From a virus, in the IMG/VR virus record IMGVR_UViG_3300027722_000005, positions 1 through 64,000 of that record: a stretch of 64,000 nt of DNA; one strand, given 5' to 3'. Shown here one piece after another: positions 1 through 9,494 of this stretch. Made by a program: the position numbers and the translations under genes. Position 1 is the stretch's first letter. Each line of letters starts with the position of its first letter. Under the pieces are notes generated by a model. That model saw only the letters and a program-made list of their open reading frames with translations. It searched no databases and was not told the origin of the DNA.

Positions 1-1
1 G

Positions 2-193
2 GTTTGCGGCGATACGGTCATCGAAGAGATGCCGCCGCAGCACAGGCCCAGGTCCTGGGGTCCGGGGAACAGCCCGAAGACGGCGGTTGACGCCTTCCTG
101 GCCGCTCATCCCGAGTTCGTCGCGGACCACGACTTTGACAGACTGCTGATTACCTGCAACCCGGGAGGGTACTTGCGCCATGTGGACCTATGA
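2..193 (+). CDS. CmcI/cephalosporin-hydroxylase family methyltransferase, C-terminal fragment
   Basis: Frame 2 reads ...DTVIEEM...WGPGNSPKTAVDAFLAAHPEF...LLITCNPGGYLR, the typical CmcI C-terminus; TGA at 191-193. Confidence 0.75.
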   Translation, partial: VCGDTVIEEMPPQHRPRSWGPGNSPKTAVDAFLAAHPEFVADHDFDRLLITCNPGGYLRHVDL

Positions 194-734
194 CCTGGGC
201 GGGCGGCTGACCTTCCGCCCCATCGCCGAAGAGGACGCCTACCTGGTATGCAAGTGGCGGAACACGGACCTGGCCAGGGAGATGTTCTACAACCGGGGCG
301 CGGTGACGCCCGATACCCACCTGGCCTTCCTGCGCTCCCGACAACCCCACGACCTGGTGTGGATCATCGACGCCAAGTTCGGTGGTCCCATCGGCATGAC
401 CAGCCTGGCAATTGCTCCAAAAGATTACACGGCGGAGTACGGGCGGGCGTTCATCGACCCGGCCTACCAGGGGCAGGGGTTCGGGACAGAGCAGGAGTAC
501 ATGGTCCTGGCCCTGGCATTCGAGTTGTTCAACCTGGCGTCGCTGTGGGGCGACGTTCTGGTCCACAACGGGGCCGTGCGGGCGCTCCACGCCAAGACGG
601 GCTGGATGGATGCAGGGATTGACCTGCCGGGGCATACCAGCGAGCGGGGGCCGGTGCTGCACATCGAGTATCCCCGGGCCAACTGGCCCGAGCACCGGCA
701 GAAGTTCATCGATAGGTTCGGGGTGAAACTATGA
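180..734 (+). CDS. GNAT N-acetyltransferase (PseH/RimL-like)
   Basis: KWRN...AEYGR...YQGQGFG...AFELFNL...N.AV.ALHAKTGW motifs. Confidence 0.8.
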   Translation: MWTYDLGGRLTFRPIAEEDAYLVCKWRNTDLAREMFYNRGAVTPDTHLAFLRSRQPHDLVWIIDAKFGGPIGMTSLAIAPKDYTAEYGRAFIDPAYQGQGFGTEQEYMVLALAFELFNLASLWGDVLVHNGAVRALHAKTGWMDAGIDLPGHTSERGPVLHIEYPRANWPEHRQKFIDRFGVKL

Positions 735-1747
735 TTCCTCTTCTGCGCCCGAGTGTGACCCAGGCCGAGATCGACGCCGTGACCGACGTTCTCAAGTCCG
801 GCTGGTGGGGACAGGGCAGGGTCGTCGAGCAGTTCGAGACAGAGTTGGCGGCGCGGTACAACTACGCCCACTGCATCACGACCAACAGCGCCACGGCGGC
901 TTTGCACCTGGCATTGAAGGCGTGCGGTGTGGGGCCGGGGTACACGGTGGCGCTCCCGGCCCTGACGTTCATCAGCACGGCATTGGCGGTGACGTACTGT
1001 GGCGCTACGCCTGTCTTTTGCGACGTGCGGGAAGACACGCTGACGATGGACTGGGAGACAGGGGCAGACGTGTCGATGCCCGTCGATTATGCCGGCTACC
1101 CGGCAATGGACCGCGGGATGTGGGGGCCGATTGTGCAAGACGCCGCCCATTCGTGCGGCGGTATCGGCTACGGGTATTGCGTGTGCCTGTCATTCCATCC
1201 CGTCAAGAACCTGGCGACGGGCGACGGGGGAGCCGTCCTGACAAACGACGACAAGATTGCGCGGCGGATACGCGCCCTGCGCTGGTGCGGCATCGACCGC
1301 AGCACCTGGGACCGCTCGCAGAAGCGGTACAGTTGGGACTATGACATCTCCGAGGTCGGCTACAAATATCACTGGAACGACATTCAGGCGGCCATCGGGC
1401 TGGCCCAACTGCGGCGGTTGGACGAGATAAACGCCGAGCGGCGGCGGCTGGCGATGCGCTACTCGTCGCTCCTGAAGGGAGTGCAGTTGCCCATCGACCA
1501 CGCCATTCACACCTGGCACCTGTACGCCATCCGAGTAGATCGACGCGACGACCTGATTGACCGGCTGGCGGAGAAGGGCATCGGCGCCGGGGTGCATTAC
1601 AAGCCCCTGACCTACTATTCTATGTACCGGGGCGAAACGCCGCCGGTCACGGAGCGGGAATGGCGGCGGCTGGTTAGCCTACCGCTGTACGTGGGGCTTA
1701 CCGAACAAGAGCAGGACCGGGTGATTGACGTGGTGAACCATGCCTGA
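731..1747 (+). CDS. DegT/DnrJ/EryC1/StrS sugar aminotransferase
   Basis: NSATAALHLAL, DAAHS, SFHPVKNLATGDGG, GYKY, AAIGLAQL, SLPLY. Confidence 0.95.
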   Translation: MIPLLRPSVTQAEIDAVTDVLKSGWWGQGRVVEQFETELAARYNYAHCITTNSATAALHLALKACGVGPGYTVALPALTFISTALAVTYCGATPVFCDVREDTLTMDWETGADVSMPVDYAGYPAMDRGMWGPIVQDAAHSCGGIGYGYCVCLSFHPVKNLATGDGGAVLTNDDKIARRIRALRWCGIDRSTWDRSQKRYSWDYDISEVGYKYHWNDIQAAIGLAQLRRLDEINAERRRLAMRYSSLLKGVQLPIDHAIHTWHLYAIRVDRRDDLIDRLAEKGIGAGVHYKPLTYYSMYRGETPPVTEREWRRLVSLPLYVGLTEQEQDRVIDVVNHA

Positions 1748-2132
1748 GTCGCCGCACGACGACGCCTACTTTGCCATGCGGCGCATCTCGCTGGACAGGC
1801 GGGGAACGTTGGACATTCACCCCGAAAGCCATTGGGGGTTCGACATCCACGTCATCACCGCCGGCCACGAGCTGGCGGACTGGTTCAAGGGGCCGAAGCG
1901 CAAGTCGGTCGCGGTCGGGGCGCACGCCTGGATTTGCTCGGACGTGGTGCTGTACAACTGCATCATCGGCGAGGGGGCGGTCGTGGCGGTCGGGAGCGTC
2001 GTTCGTTCCTGCGAGGTCAAGCCCTGGACGATGGTGGCCGGCAACCCGCCGGAAGTGATCGCCCGCTGCCCCGACAGGAAACCAGACAGGCCGTGGGTGT
2101 ACGTGACGGACAAGTGGCGGGTGCTGGAATGA
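1740..2132 (+). CDS. Hexapeptide-repeat (LbH) acyltransferase
   Basis: VGAHAWI...IGEGAVVAVGSVV...VAGNPP. Confidence 0.85.
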   Translation: MPESPHDDAYFAMRRISLDRRGTLDIHPESHWGFDIHVITAGHELADWFKGPKRKSVAVGAHAWICSDVVLYNCIIGEGAVVAVGSVVRSCEVKPWTMVAGNPPEVIARCPDRKPDRPWVYVTDKWRVLE

Positions 2133-2974
2133 TTACCGTCAATCTGTTCGATAACACCTTCCGTCACGATGTCGGGGCCGTGGCCGGCAAGCCCCCGACG
2201 AAGATTCAGTATGTGCGCGACCGGGCGTGCTGGGATGGGGTGACGTTGTTCACGGGAGGCTGCACCTCGCCCGAGTATGTGCGCCGGGTGCAAAGTGATT
2301 ACAAGGTCGGCTGGTTGCATGAACCACGCTGCTACCGGCCCGACGCCTACGAGAACCTCGACTGGGAAGGGTTGGACCTGGTACTTACCCATTACAAGCC
2401 ATTCCTTGAACGCCAAAAGGCAGAGCTTGTCCCAAGTTGCGGCGTGTGGATTCCCCGCGACCGCTGGGGCATGAGGCCCAAGACGAAACTGTGTTCGATG
2501 TTATACGGGGCCAAGAATCAGACGGAAGGCCATTGGCTGCGCCACACAATAGGTGCGTCGGTACGGGGTGTTGACTATTATGGCGTGGGCGGCACGCCAG
2601 TCACGTATGGCTGGCGGGCCAAGGAGCAGGCGTTGGCCGACTATGCCTTTTCCGTCGTGGTGGAAACGTGCCGTGAGGACAACTGGTTTACCGAGCACCT
2701 ATGCGACTGCCTCGCCGTGGGGACCATCCCTATCTTGTGGGGCCTGCCAAACTATGGCGAGTGGTTCAATCCTGAAGGCATCATCGGCTTTGACACGCCG
2801 GGGCGCTTGCAGGCGATTATCAACGGCCTGAGCATGAACCTGTACGGGGGGATGCGGGGCGCTGCTCAAGATAACCTGGAGCGGGTTGGCGACTACGAGA
2901 TTGCCGATGATCTAGTAGCAGAGGCGATAACGAAAGGGGAAACAATGAAAGGGGAAACGGAGGGCAGCCAATGA
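2129..2974 (+). CDS. Glycosyltransferase family 10-like (fucosyltransferase-like)
   Basis: YAFSVVVET...WFTEHLCDCLAVGTIPILWG matches the GT10 core motif; ATG at 2129 overlaps the upstream stop. Confidence 0.75.
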   Translation: MITVNLFDNTFRHDVGAVAGKPPTKIQYVRDRACWDGVTLFTGGCTSPEYVRRVQSDYKVGWLHEPRCYRPDAYENLDWEGLDLVLTHYKPFLERQKAELVPSCGVWIPRDRWGMRPKTKLCSMLYGAKNQTEGHWLRHTIGASVRGVDYYGVGGTPVTYGWRAKEQALADYAFSVVVETCREDNWFTEHLCDCLAVGTIPILWGLPNYGEWFNPEGIIGFDTPGRLQAIINGLSMNLYGGMRGAAQDNLERVGDYEIADDLVAEAITKGETMKGETEGSQ

Positions 2975-5900
2975 AGGTCTGGATGCTGCCCGAGCTAAAG
3001 CACTTTCGGTCGGAAGAAAGTGGGATCAAGCGCGTGGTAGAAGCCTACCACAAGCACATGCCTGCCCTTGGCATCGAGTTCGTAGGCGAGGGAGAACCCT
3101 ACGACCTGAAGGTATCCCACGCCGGCACGAACACAGAGGGCATCGCGGTCTGCCATGCTCACGGGCTGTACTGGACTGCCGACTTGCCCTGCAACACCTG
3201 GGAGTACAAGGCCAACGCCAATGTCATCGCCGCCATGCGCCAGGCGCGGGTAATCACCGTGCCTTCCGAGTGGGTGGCCGAGAGCATCCGGCGCGATATG
3301 CGCCGCAACCCGGTCGTTATCGGGCACGGGATAGACTGGCAGGAGTGGCAACATAACCGCCCCAACGGCGGCTATGTTCTGTGGAACAAGAACAGGTCCG
3401 GCCAGGACGTTTGTGATCCCACGTCCATGGGCGAGCTGGCCGGGGCCTTTACCAACGTGCATTTTGTGACGACCTTTGCGCCCAAGAGGCAGCGACCCAA
3501 TATCGAAGAGATTGGCGTCATCCCCCACGCGGAGATGAAAAAGCTGGTGCAGGGCGCGGCGGTCTACCTGTCCACGACCAAAGAGACGTTCGGCATCGGC
3601 GTCCTGGAGGCCATGGCGGCGGGCGTTCCGGTCCTGGGATTTGCCCACGGCGGCAACCTGGAACTGGTGGAGCACGGCGTCAACGGCTACCTGGCCGAAA
3701 ACGAAGAAGACCTGCAAGCCGGCCTGTCCTACTGCCTACAACACCGGGCCGTGCTGGGCGACAACGGGCGGGAGATGGCCCGACGCTACACCTGGGAGGC
3801 GGCCTGCGAGAAGGTCGCCGGGGTGTACCGCCTGGCGGCGGAGCCAGAGCAAGCCACGGCAGCCATCGTGATCCCGTCGTTCAACTACGCCGAGAAGGTC
3901 GGGCGGGCCATCGAGGGGGCGGTGAGCCAGTCCTACGATCTCTTGCAAGAGATCGTCGTCGTGGACGATGGCTCGGCCGACGACACGGAAGCGGCGGTCA
4001 AGGAATGGGCCGACAAAGACTCCCGCGTGCGCTACATCCGCCAAGAGAACCAGGGCGTGGCCGTGGCCCGAAATACGGGCGTCGCGGCGACGAAAACAAA
4101 GTACGCCTGCTGCCTGGACGCCGACGACACGCTGGAGCCGGGCTTTATCGAGACGTGCGTTCGCGCCCTGGAGTCCGACCCCGAGTTGGGCATCGCCTAT
4201 ACCGGGCTGCGCTACATCCTGCCCGACGGCAAGACGGGCGTGAGTCCCTGGCCCAAAGAGTGGGACTTTGACAAACAACTGAAGCGCCAGAACCAGGTGC
4301 CGACCTGCTGCGTGTATCGCAAGGAAATGTGGGAGTGCCTGGGCGGCTACAAGAAGCGGTACTGCCCCAAGGGCGCCGGCTCGGAAGACGCGGAGTTCTG
4401 GACGCGGGCCGGGGCCTACGGCTGGAAGGGCGAAAAGGTCACAGAGCAACCGCTGTTCATCTACTCCTGGCAAAGCGGTCGGGTGAGCGGCAACAAGGAA
4501 TATTCCGAGCCCGACTGGCTGGCCTGGCATCCGTGGGCCTTTGACAAGGAGCACCCCTTCGCCAGCCACGCCACGCCGGAGAAGCACAGCCATCCCGTGC
4601 GGCAGTACGACGAGCCGGCGGTATCGGTGATCATCCCCGTGGGGCCGGGGCACGAGGGGCGATTGGAAGACGCCCTGGACTCGCTGGAGGCGCAGACCTT
4701 CAGGGGCTGGGAGGCGATTGTCGTCTGGGACAGGGCCGATGGCGTGCCGGAACGCTACGGGAAAAGCTACCCCTACGTTCGCTGGCTTGCCACCAAGGGG
4801 CGGGGGGCTGGCTACGCTCGCAACCGTGGGGTTGATGCGGCCCGTGCGCCGTTCCTTCTCTTCCTGGACGCCGACGACATCCTGGACCCGGGCTGCATCA
4901 AGGCCATGATGGCGGAGTGGGCCATCGAAAACGCGGTCATCTACACCGATTACGTGGGCCTGGCCTTTATCTCGGACCTGAATGAGTTGGGCCGCGACCT
5001 GCGAGAGAGAATCCTGTGGCGGGAACCGGACGGGCTGACGGCCATGCGCTACCAGGCGCTGGACTACGACCCCGACCGGGCGCAGGCGCAGCCCACGGGC
5101 GACCCGGGCAAGGTCTACACCTGGAACCTGATCACGTCCCTGGTGCCGAAAGCCTGGCACGAGGACATCGGCGGCTTTGACGAATCCATGCCGTCGTGGG
5201 AGGACGTGGACTACTTCTGGCGATTGGCCAAGGACGGGCGCTGCTTCCGGCGCATCCCCGAGCCGCTGGTCATCTACCACTTTTACACCGGCGAGCGGCG
5301 CGAGTTCGGCAAAGAGAAGCACCGCGAGCTGTGGCAGTACCTTATCGACAAACACGAAAGGATGGAGGTCAAGATGAGCAAGTGTGGATCTTGTGGGGGT
5401 TCCAGGCGAAGCCCGGCGCCGCCCGTGGCAGCGGCGGCTCGGACGGCGCCTGCCCCGTCCATGAAGGACGACAGTTTCAAGATGTGTACCTACGCGCACC
5501 CCAACCGGGGGCAGCATCCCGTCATCGGGCAGGCGGGTTTCAGGGACCGGCTCGACGGTTTTCACATGATCCAGAAGCGCGACCGGCTGTGGTACATCCA
5601 CTACGGCTTTCGCGGCGGGGGCGAGCGGTTCCTGGTCCACGCCGACGACGTGAAGATCGCGTCGCACCTCTTCCGCGAGGAAGTGACGGTACCCATCCGC
5701 GAGCGGGAAATGGCCCCGCCGCCCATGCCCATCGTGGCAGAGGAAAAGCCGCCTGAAGTGAAGGTCACGCCGCCGCCGAAACACATCATCGACCCGTCCG
5801 ACGGCATCCAGCCCGCCGAGAGATTGGTAGCGCAGCAGGTTCTGGAGCAGTACGCTGCCGAGACACAGGGCGAGAAGCTGGCGCGGCTGGAAAAGATTGA

Positions 5901-6126
5901 GTCGCAGAACCCCGACGACTACTACAGCGCCGTGACCTTCGACGCCCAGAAACTGCCCGGCGTGACGCCCAAGATCGCGCAGTCCATGAAGCAGCGAGGC
6001 ATCGACTCGCTGGAGGACGTGCTGGACCTGGGCGAAGAGGGCTTGCAGGCCGTCGAGGGCATCGGCGCCGTGCGGGCCAGGATGATCTACGGCCGGGCAA
6101 TGGAGATGGCCGCCCATGCAGCCTGA
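2971..6126 (+). CDS. Multidomain glycosyltransferase: GT4 + GT2 + GT2 + C-terminal CxxC/helix-hairpin-helix region
   Basis: ETFGIGVLEAMAAGVPV (GT4); two GT-A domains (IVIPSFN..VVDDGS..LDADD; VSVIIP..FLDADD..GGFDE..EDVD); LPGVTPKIA...VEGIGAVRA HhH. Confidence 0.9.
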   Translation: MKVWMLPELKHFRSEESGIKRVVEAYHKHMPALGIEFVGEGEPYDLKVSHAGTNTEGIAVCHAHGLYWTADLPCNTWEYKANANVIAAMRQARVITVPSEWVAESIRRDMRRNPVVIGHGIDWQEWQHNRPNGGYVLWNKNRSGQDVCDPTSMGELAGAFTNVHFVTTFAPKRQRPNIEEIGVIPHAEMKKLVQGAAVYLSTTKETFGIGVLEAMAAGVPVLGFAHGGNLELVEHGVNGYLAENEEDLQAGLSYCLQHRAVLGDNGREMARRYTWEAACEKVAGVYRLAAEPEQATAAIVIPSFNYAEKVGRAIEGAVSQSYDLLQEIVVVDDGSADDTEAAVKEWADKDSRVRYIRQENQGVAVARNTGVAATKTKYACCLDADDTLEPGFIETCVRALESDPELGIAYTGLRYILPDGKTGVSPWPKEWDFDKQLKRQNQVPTCCVYRKEMWECLGGYKKRYCPKGAGSEDAEFWTRAGAYGWKGEKVTEQPLFIYSWQSGRVSGNKEYSEPDWLAWHPWAFDKEHPFASHATPEKHSHPVRQYDEPAVSVIIPVGPGHEGRLEDALDSLEAQTFRGWEAIVVWDRADGVPERYGKSYPYVRWLATKGRGAGYARNRGVDAARAPFLLFLDADDILDPGCIKAMMAEWAIENAVIYTDYVGLAFISDLNELGRDLRERILWREPDGLTAMRYQALDYDPDRAQAQPTGDPGKVYTWNLITSLVPKAWHEDIGGFDESMPSWEDVDYFWRLAKDGRCFRRIPEPLVIYHFYTGERREFGKEKHRELWQYLIDKHERMEVKMSKCGSCGGSRRSPAPPVAAAARTAPAPSMKDDSFKMCTYAHPNRGQHPVIGQAGFRDRLDGFHMIQKRDRLWYIHYGFRGGGERFLVHADDVKIASHLFREEVTVPIREREMAPPPMPIVAEEKPPEVKVTPPPKHIIDPSDGIQPAERLVAQQVLEQYAAETQGEKLARLEKIESQNPDDYYSAVTFDAQKLPGVTPKIAQSMKQRGIDSLEDVLDLGEEGLQAVEGIGAVRARMIYGRAMEMAAHAA

Positions 6127-6421
6127 GATCCTGGCAGTCTGCGTTCTGGCAACCTGGCGGCTGGCGGCCCTGTTCTACTTTGACGCCGGGCCGTGGGACG
6201 GGTTCGAGCGGCTGCGCTACCGGGCGGGCGTCTACGCGGAGCCGCGGCCCTTCTGGGGCAAGCTGCTCGGCTGCTTCTGGTGCCTGACCCTGTGGTCCGG
6301 CCTGCTTTGCGGGATTGCGGGATTCCTGTGGTGGCCCGTGCTGCTGCCGCTGGCCCTGAGTGGGGCGGCCGTCCTGTTGAGCGGCGGCGGGCGCACCATC
6401 TGGCGGAGTATGGTGGAGTAG
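6116..6421 (+). CDS. DUF1360-like small membrane protein
   Basis: LATWRL...D.GP...LR...GKLLGCFWCLTLW. Confidence 0.7.
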   Translation: MQPEILAVCVLATWRLAALFYFDAGPWDGFERLRYRAGVYAEPRPFWGKLLGCFWCLTLWSGLLCGIAGFLWWPVLLPLALSGAAVLLSGGGRTIWRSMVE

Positions 6422-6425
6422 GAAA

Positions 6426-7697
6426 ATGACAAGAGCCTCAACGCCAACCTTATTGTCCCTGGACCGTTTCGCGTCTGTCATCGGCCTGAACCCGGCACAT
6501 TTCTCGCAGGGAACAAGCGATATTGTATTCCCTCTGGAGAATACATGCGCGGATTTACAATTCCAACATGATTGGCAGCACACCGGGGCCGTCAGCCGCG
6601 AGTCCATCGCCCGCGAGGTCGCCAAGGCAGAATCAGACCTGGCGAATTACCTTGGCTGGCCCGTCGCGCCCATGTGGATTGCCCAAGACATGAAGATGGT
6701 TGACCGCTTCCACCGGCCCGAATACTGGTCGGCGGGCAACTACAACAACCGCTACGCCCACAAGTCGGTCAAGGCCAAGTACGGCAAGATCATCGAGCCG
6801 GGGCAGCGGGCCACGACCCTGCTGGACGGGCGGGTTGTCCCTGTCTACAGCGACGTGGACGGCGACGGCTTTGACGAAACGGTGACGGTGACGTGCGCCG
6901 TGACCACGACCTACGAGTGCGAGATCAAGGTCTACTTCGACGGCCACGCCGGCACGCCCGAGTGGGAGATCCGCCCCGCGAGGACGGCGGCCATCGCCGC
7001 CGGGGTCTTTACGGCCACGTTCTACGCCTGGCAGTTCATCGACCCCGACAACTGGGAGGCGTTTCCCACGGCGGCGGCCCCTATCCCCACGGTGGACCTG
7101 GACGAAGCGGTGTACGTCAACGAGGTCGAAATCTACCGCGAGTACAACGACCCCACGGCGACCTCGGCAGTCTTTTACTGGGAGCCGGATTCGACCGTGG
7201 CGGGCTGCGACTTCTGCGGCGGCACGGGCTGCACCCACTGCGCCCTGACGACGCAGGACGGCTGCGCCCACATCCGCGATGCCATGCTCGGTATCCTCGT
7301 CCCCCGACCGGGGACATGCGCCGATGGGGCCTGGACCTCGGACGACTGGGCGGTGTGCCGCGACCCGGATCTGGTCAAGCTGTACTACTACTGTGGCAAT
7401 TTGTCGGACCTGAACCTGGCAGGTCGGCGTTGCGATGGATTGTCGGACGACTGGGCGCGCATCATTGCCTGGATGGCCACGGCCCGCCTGCCACGGCCCA
7501 TCTGCACATGCGGTAGCCCGGGTGGCCTGGTGGAGTGGCTGCAAACGGACCTGGCAATGACCACCAGAGAATCGAGCTACACGGTCCTGTGGGACGAGCT
7601 ATCCAACCCGTTCGGTACGCGGCGCGGCGAAATGGAAGCCTGGCGCTACGTCCGCGACATCGTGCGGGACAAACAAGCGGGGGCCGGTGCCGTATGA
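6426..7697 (+). CDS. Putative virion neck/head-tail protein with Cys-rich motif
   Basis: 423 aa, position upstream of tail tube, CDFCGGTGCTHC motif; function inferred from synteny. Confidence 0.45.
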   Translation: MTRASTPTLLSLDRFASVIGLNPAHFSQGTSDIVFPLENTCADLQFQHDWQHTGAVSRESIAREVAKAESDLANYLGWPVAPMWIAQDMKMVDRFHRPEYWSAGNYNNRYAHKSVKAKYGKIIEPGQRATTLLDGRVVPVYSDVDGDGFDETVTVTCAVTTTYECEIKVYFDGHAGTPEWEIRPARTAAIAAGVFTATFYAWQFIDPDNWEAFPTAAAPIPTVDLDEAVYVNEVEIYREYNDPTATSAVFYWEPDSTVAGCDFCGGTGCTHCALTTQDGCAHIRDAMLGILVPRPGTCADGAWTSDDWAVCRDPDLVKLYYYCGNLSDLNLAGRRCDGLSDDWARIIAWMATARLPRPICTCGSPGGLVEWLQTDLAMTTRESSYTVLWDELSNPFGTRRGEMEAWRYVRDIVRDKQAGAGAV

Positions 7698-7999
7698 GAA
7701 CCGTAACGTGGACTGATCGGAACGGCTGCAAGCATCGTTCGCTGGTGCGCGACACAGACCCCGACGACGCGGCCCCCCAGGGCATCCTCCAAGATCCGCC
7801 CGATCTGGAGAGGATGGATTGGGATGCCGTCAAGCGGGATCTGCACAACGCGCTGGTGGACGCGGGCCTCTACTCCTGGCGGGAAGTCCAGGGGCAGGGG
7901 GATGGGCTGAGGGGCGCGCTCCTTTCGGCCACCAGAAAGAGACTGATTGCTCTCTACAGGGAGGTTGACAATGACCCAAGCGGCAAAGACCGGATATAG
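7694..7999 (+). CDS. Hypothetical phage protein
   Basis: ATG overlaps upstream stop (ATGA); MRTVTWTDRNG... Confidence 0.65.
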   Translation: MRTVTWTDRNGCKHRSLVRDTDPDDAAPQGILQDPPDLERMDWDAVKRDLHNALVDAGLYSWREVQGQGDGLRGALLSATRKRLIALYREVDNDPSGKDRI

Positions 8000-9470
8000 C
8001 CGCGTCTTTCTCACCGATGGCGGGGCGGGTCCGCACCATGCACCCGTCTACCAGGCGTACATGAAGGCCGGCGGGGCGTCCAAGAGCTACGGCGACGTGA
8101 CCAGCATCGAAGCCCCGTCTTCCATCCAGTACGACTCGTTCATCGAAATCGACACCATCAAGGGCGCGGAGGAACGCGCCACCATGGACCTGATGTCCCG
8201 CTACCTGATGGACCTGGCGTCCGAGATGCTGCGCATCGCGGAGCTGGGCTGCGGTGTGGACATCCAGATTCACTTTGGCGCGTGTACGGACCCCACGGCG
8301 TTCAACACCTTCAAGAAGTCCTTTGTCATGGAGAACGCCTACTTCTCCAACTGGAGCACCGACGACCTGGGGGCCATCGAGTCGGGGGACCGCAACCCCG
8401 TCATGGAAACCGGCTCGATCTCGGCCAAGATCATCTACGAGATCCTGCAACTGTCCGTCCTGGAAGTGGCCGGCTCCATCGTGACCAACGAGGTCGTGGA
8501 CGTGACCATCTGCGACCAGGTGGCCTGCGGCGAGTGCGACGAAACCTCGACCGGCTGCCAGCACATCTACGCCATCACCACGGCGGCGGGTGGCTCGCCG
8601 GGCACGGCGGCGGACATCGTGCATACCATCGACGGTGCCAACTGGTACGCCGACGACATCGACTCCCTGGGGGCCGCAGAGGCACCCAACGCCGTCGCCT
8701 GCCTGGGCGATTACGTGGTCGTCGTGTCCAACGACTCGGGCTCGGCCCACTACGCCCTCAAGGACGAAGTGGACGACGTGGACTTTGACGAGGACTGGAC
8801 CGAGATCGCCACGGGCTTCGTCGGCGCGCCCAACGACGAATACCGCGCCATCGGCGGGCGGTATCTGTACGTCGTGGGCGACTCGGGGTACGTCTACCGC
8901 ACCGACGACATCACGGCGGGCGTGACCGTCCTCGATGCCGGCGTGGCGACGGTCGAGCACCTGAACGCCGTCCACATGCTGTCGGACACCTTTGGCGTGG
9001 CCGTGGGCAACAACGGGGCCATCGTCTACACCGAGGACGGCCTGGCCTGGGGCGAGCCGTCCACTAGCCCCGCGGGCGTCGGCACGCACTTCTCCTGCGT
9101 CTGGGTCGTGAGCGAAACCGTCTGGTTCGTCGGCACGACCGCCGGGACGCTGTACTACACCAAGGACAAGGCCGCCAACTGGACGGTCAAGGGCTTCCCC
9201 GGCTCGGGCGCGGGTGCGGTCCACGACATCTTCTTCTCCTCGACCGCCGTGGGCTACCTGGCCCACGCCACGGCTACCCCGGCGGGGCGGATTCTCCGCA
9301 CCTACGACGGCGGCTACTCGTGGAACATCCTGCCCGAAGGGACCGGCACCATCCCGGCCAACGACCGCATCAACGCGGTGGTGGGCTGCATCTTCGACGT
9401 GAACTTTGTCGTGGGTGTGGGCCTGGCCGACAACGCCGTGGATGGCATCATCGTCAAGGGCTCCGACTAG
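7971..9470 (+). CDS. Putative major tail protein with C-terminal BNR/YCF48-like beta-propeller
   Basis: GGAGG RBS; position before chaperone and tape measure; repeats TIDGANW, TEDGLAW, TKDKAANW, TYDGGYSW. Confidence 0.65.
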   Translation: MTQAAKTGYSRVFLTDGGAGPHHAPVYQAYMKAGGASKSYGDVTSIEAPSSIQYDSFIEIDTIKGAEERATMDLMSRYLMDLASEMLRIAELGCGVDIQIHFGACTDPTAFNTFKKSFVMENAYFSNWSTDDLGAIESGDRNPVMETGSISAKIIYEILQLSVLEVAGSIVTNEVVDVTICDQVACGECDETSTGCQHIYAITTAAGGSPGTAADIVHTIDGANWYADDIDSLGAAEAPNAVACLGDYVVVVSNDSGSAHYALKDEVDDVDFDEDWTEIATGFVGAPNDEYRAIGGRYLYVVGDSGYVYRTDDITAGVTVLDAGVATVEHLNAVHMLSDTFGVAVGNNGAIVYTEDGLAWGEPSTSPAGVGTHFSCVWVVSETVWFVGTTAGTLYYTKDKAANWTVKGFPGSGAGAVHDIFFSSTAVGYLAHATATPAGRILRTYDGGYSWNILPEGTGTIPANDRINAVVGCIFDVNFVVGVGLADNAVDGIIVKGSD

Positions 9471-9494
9471 GGGCCATAGGAAAGGAGGACGCAA

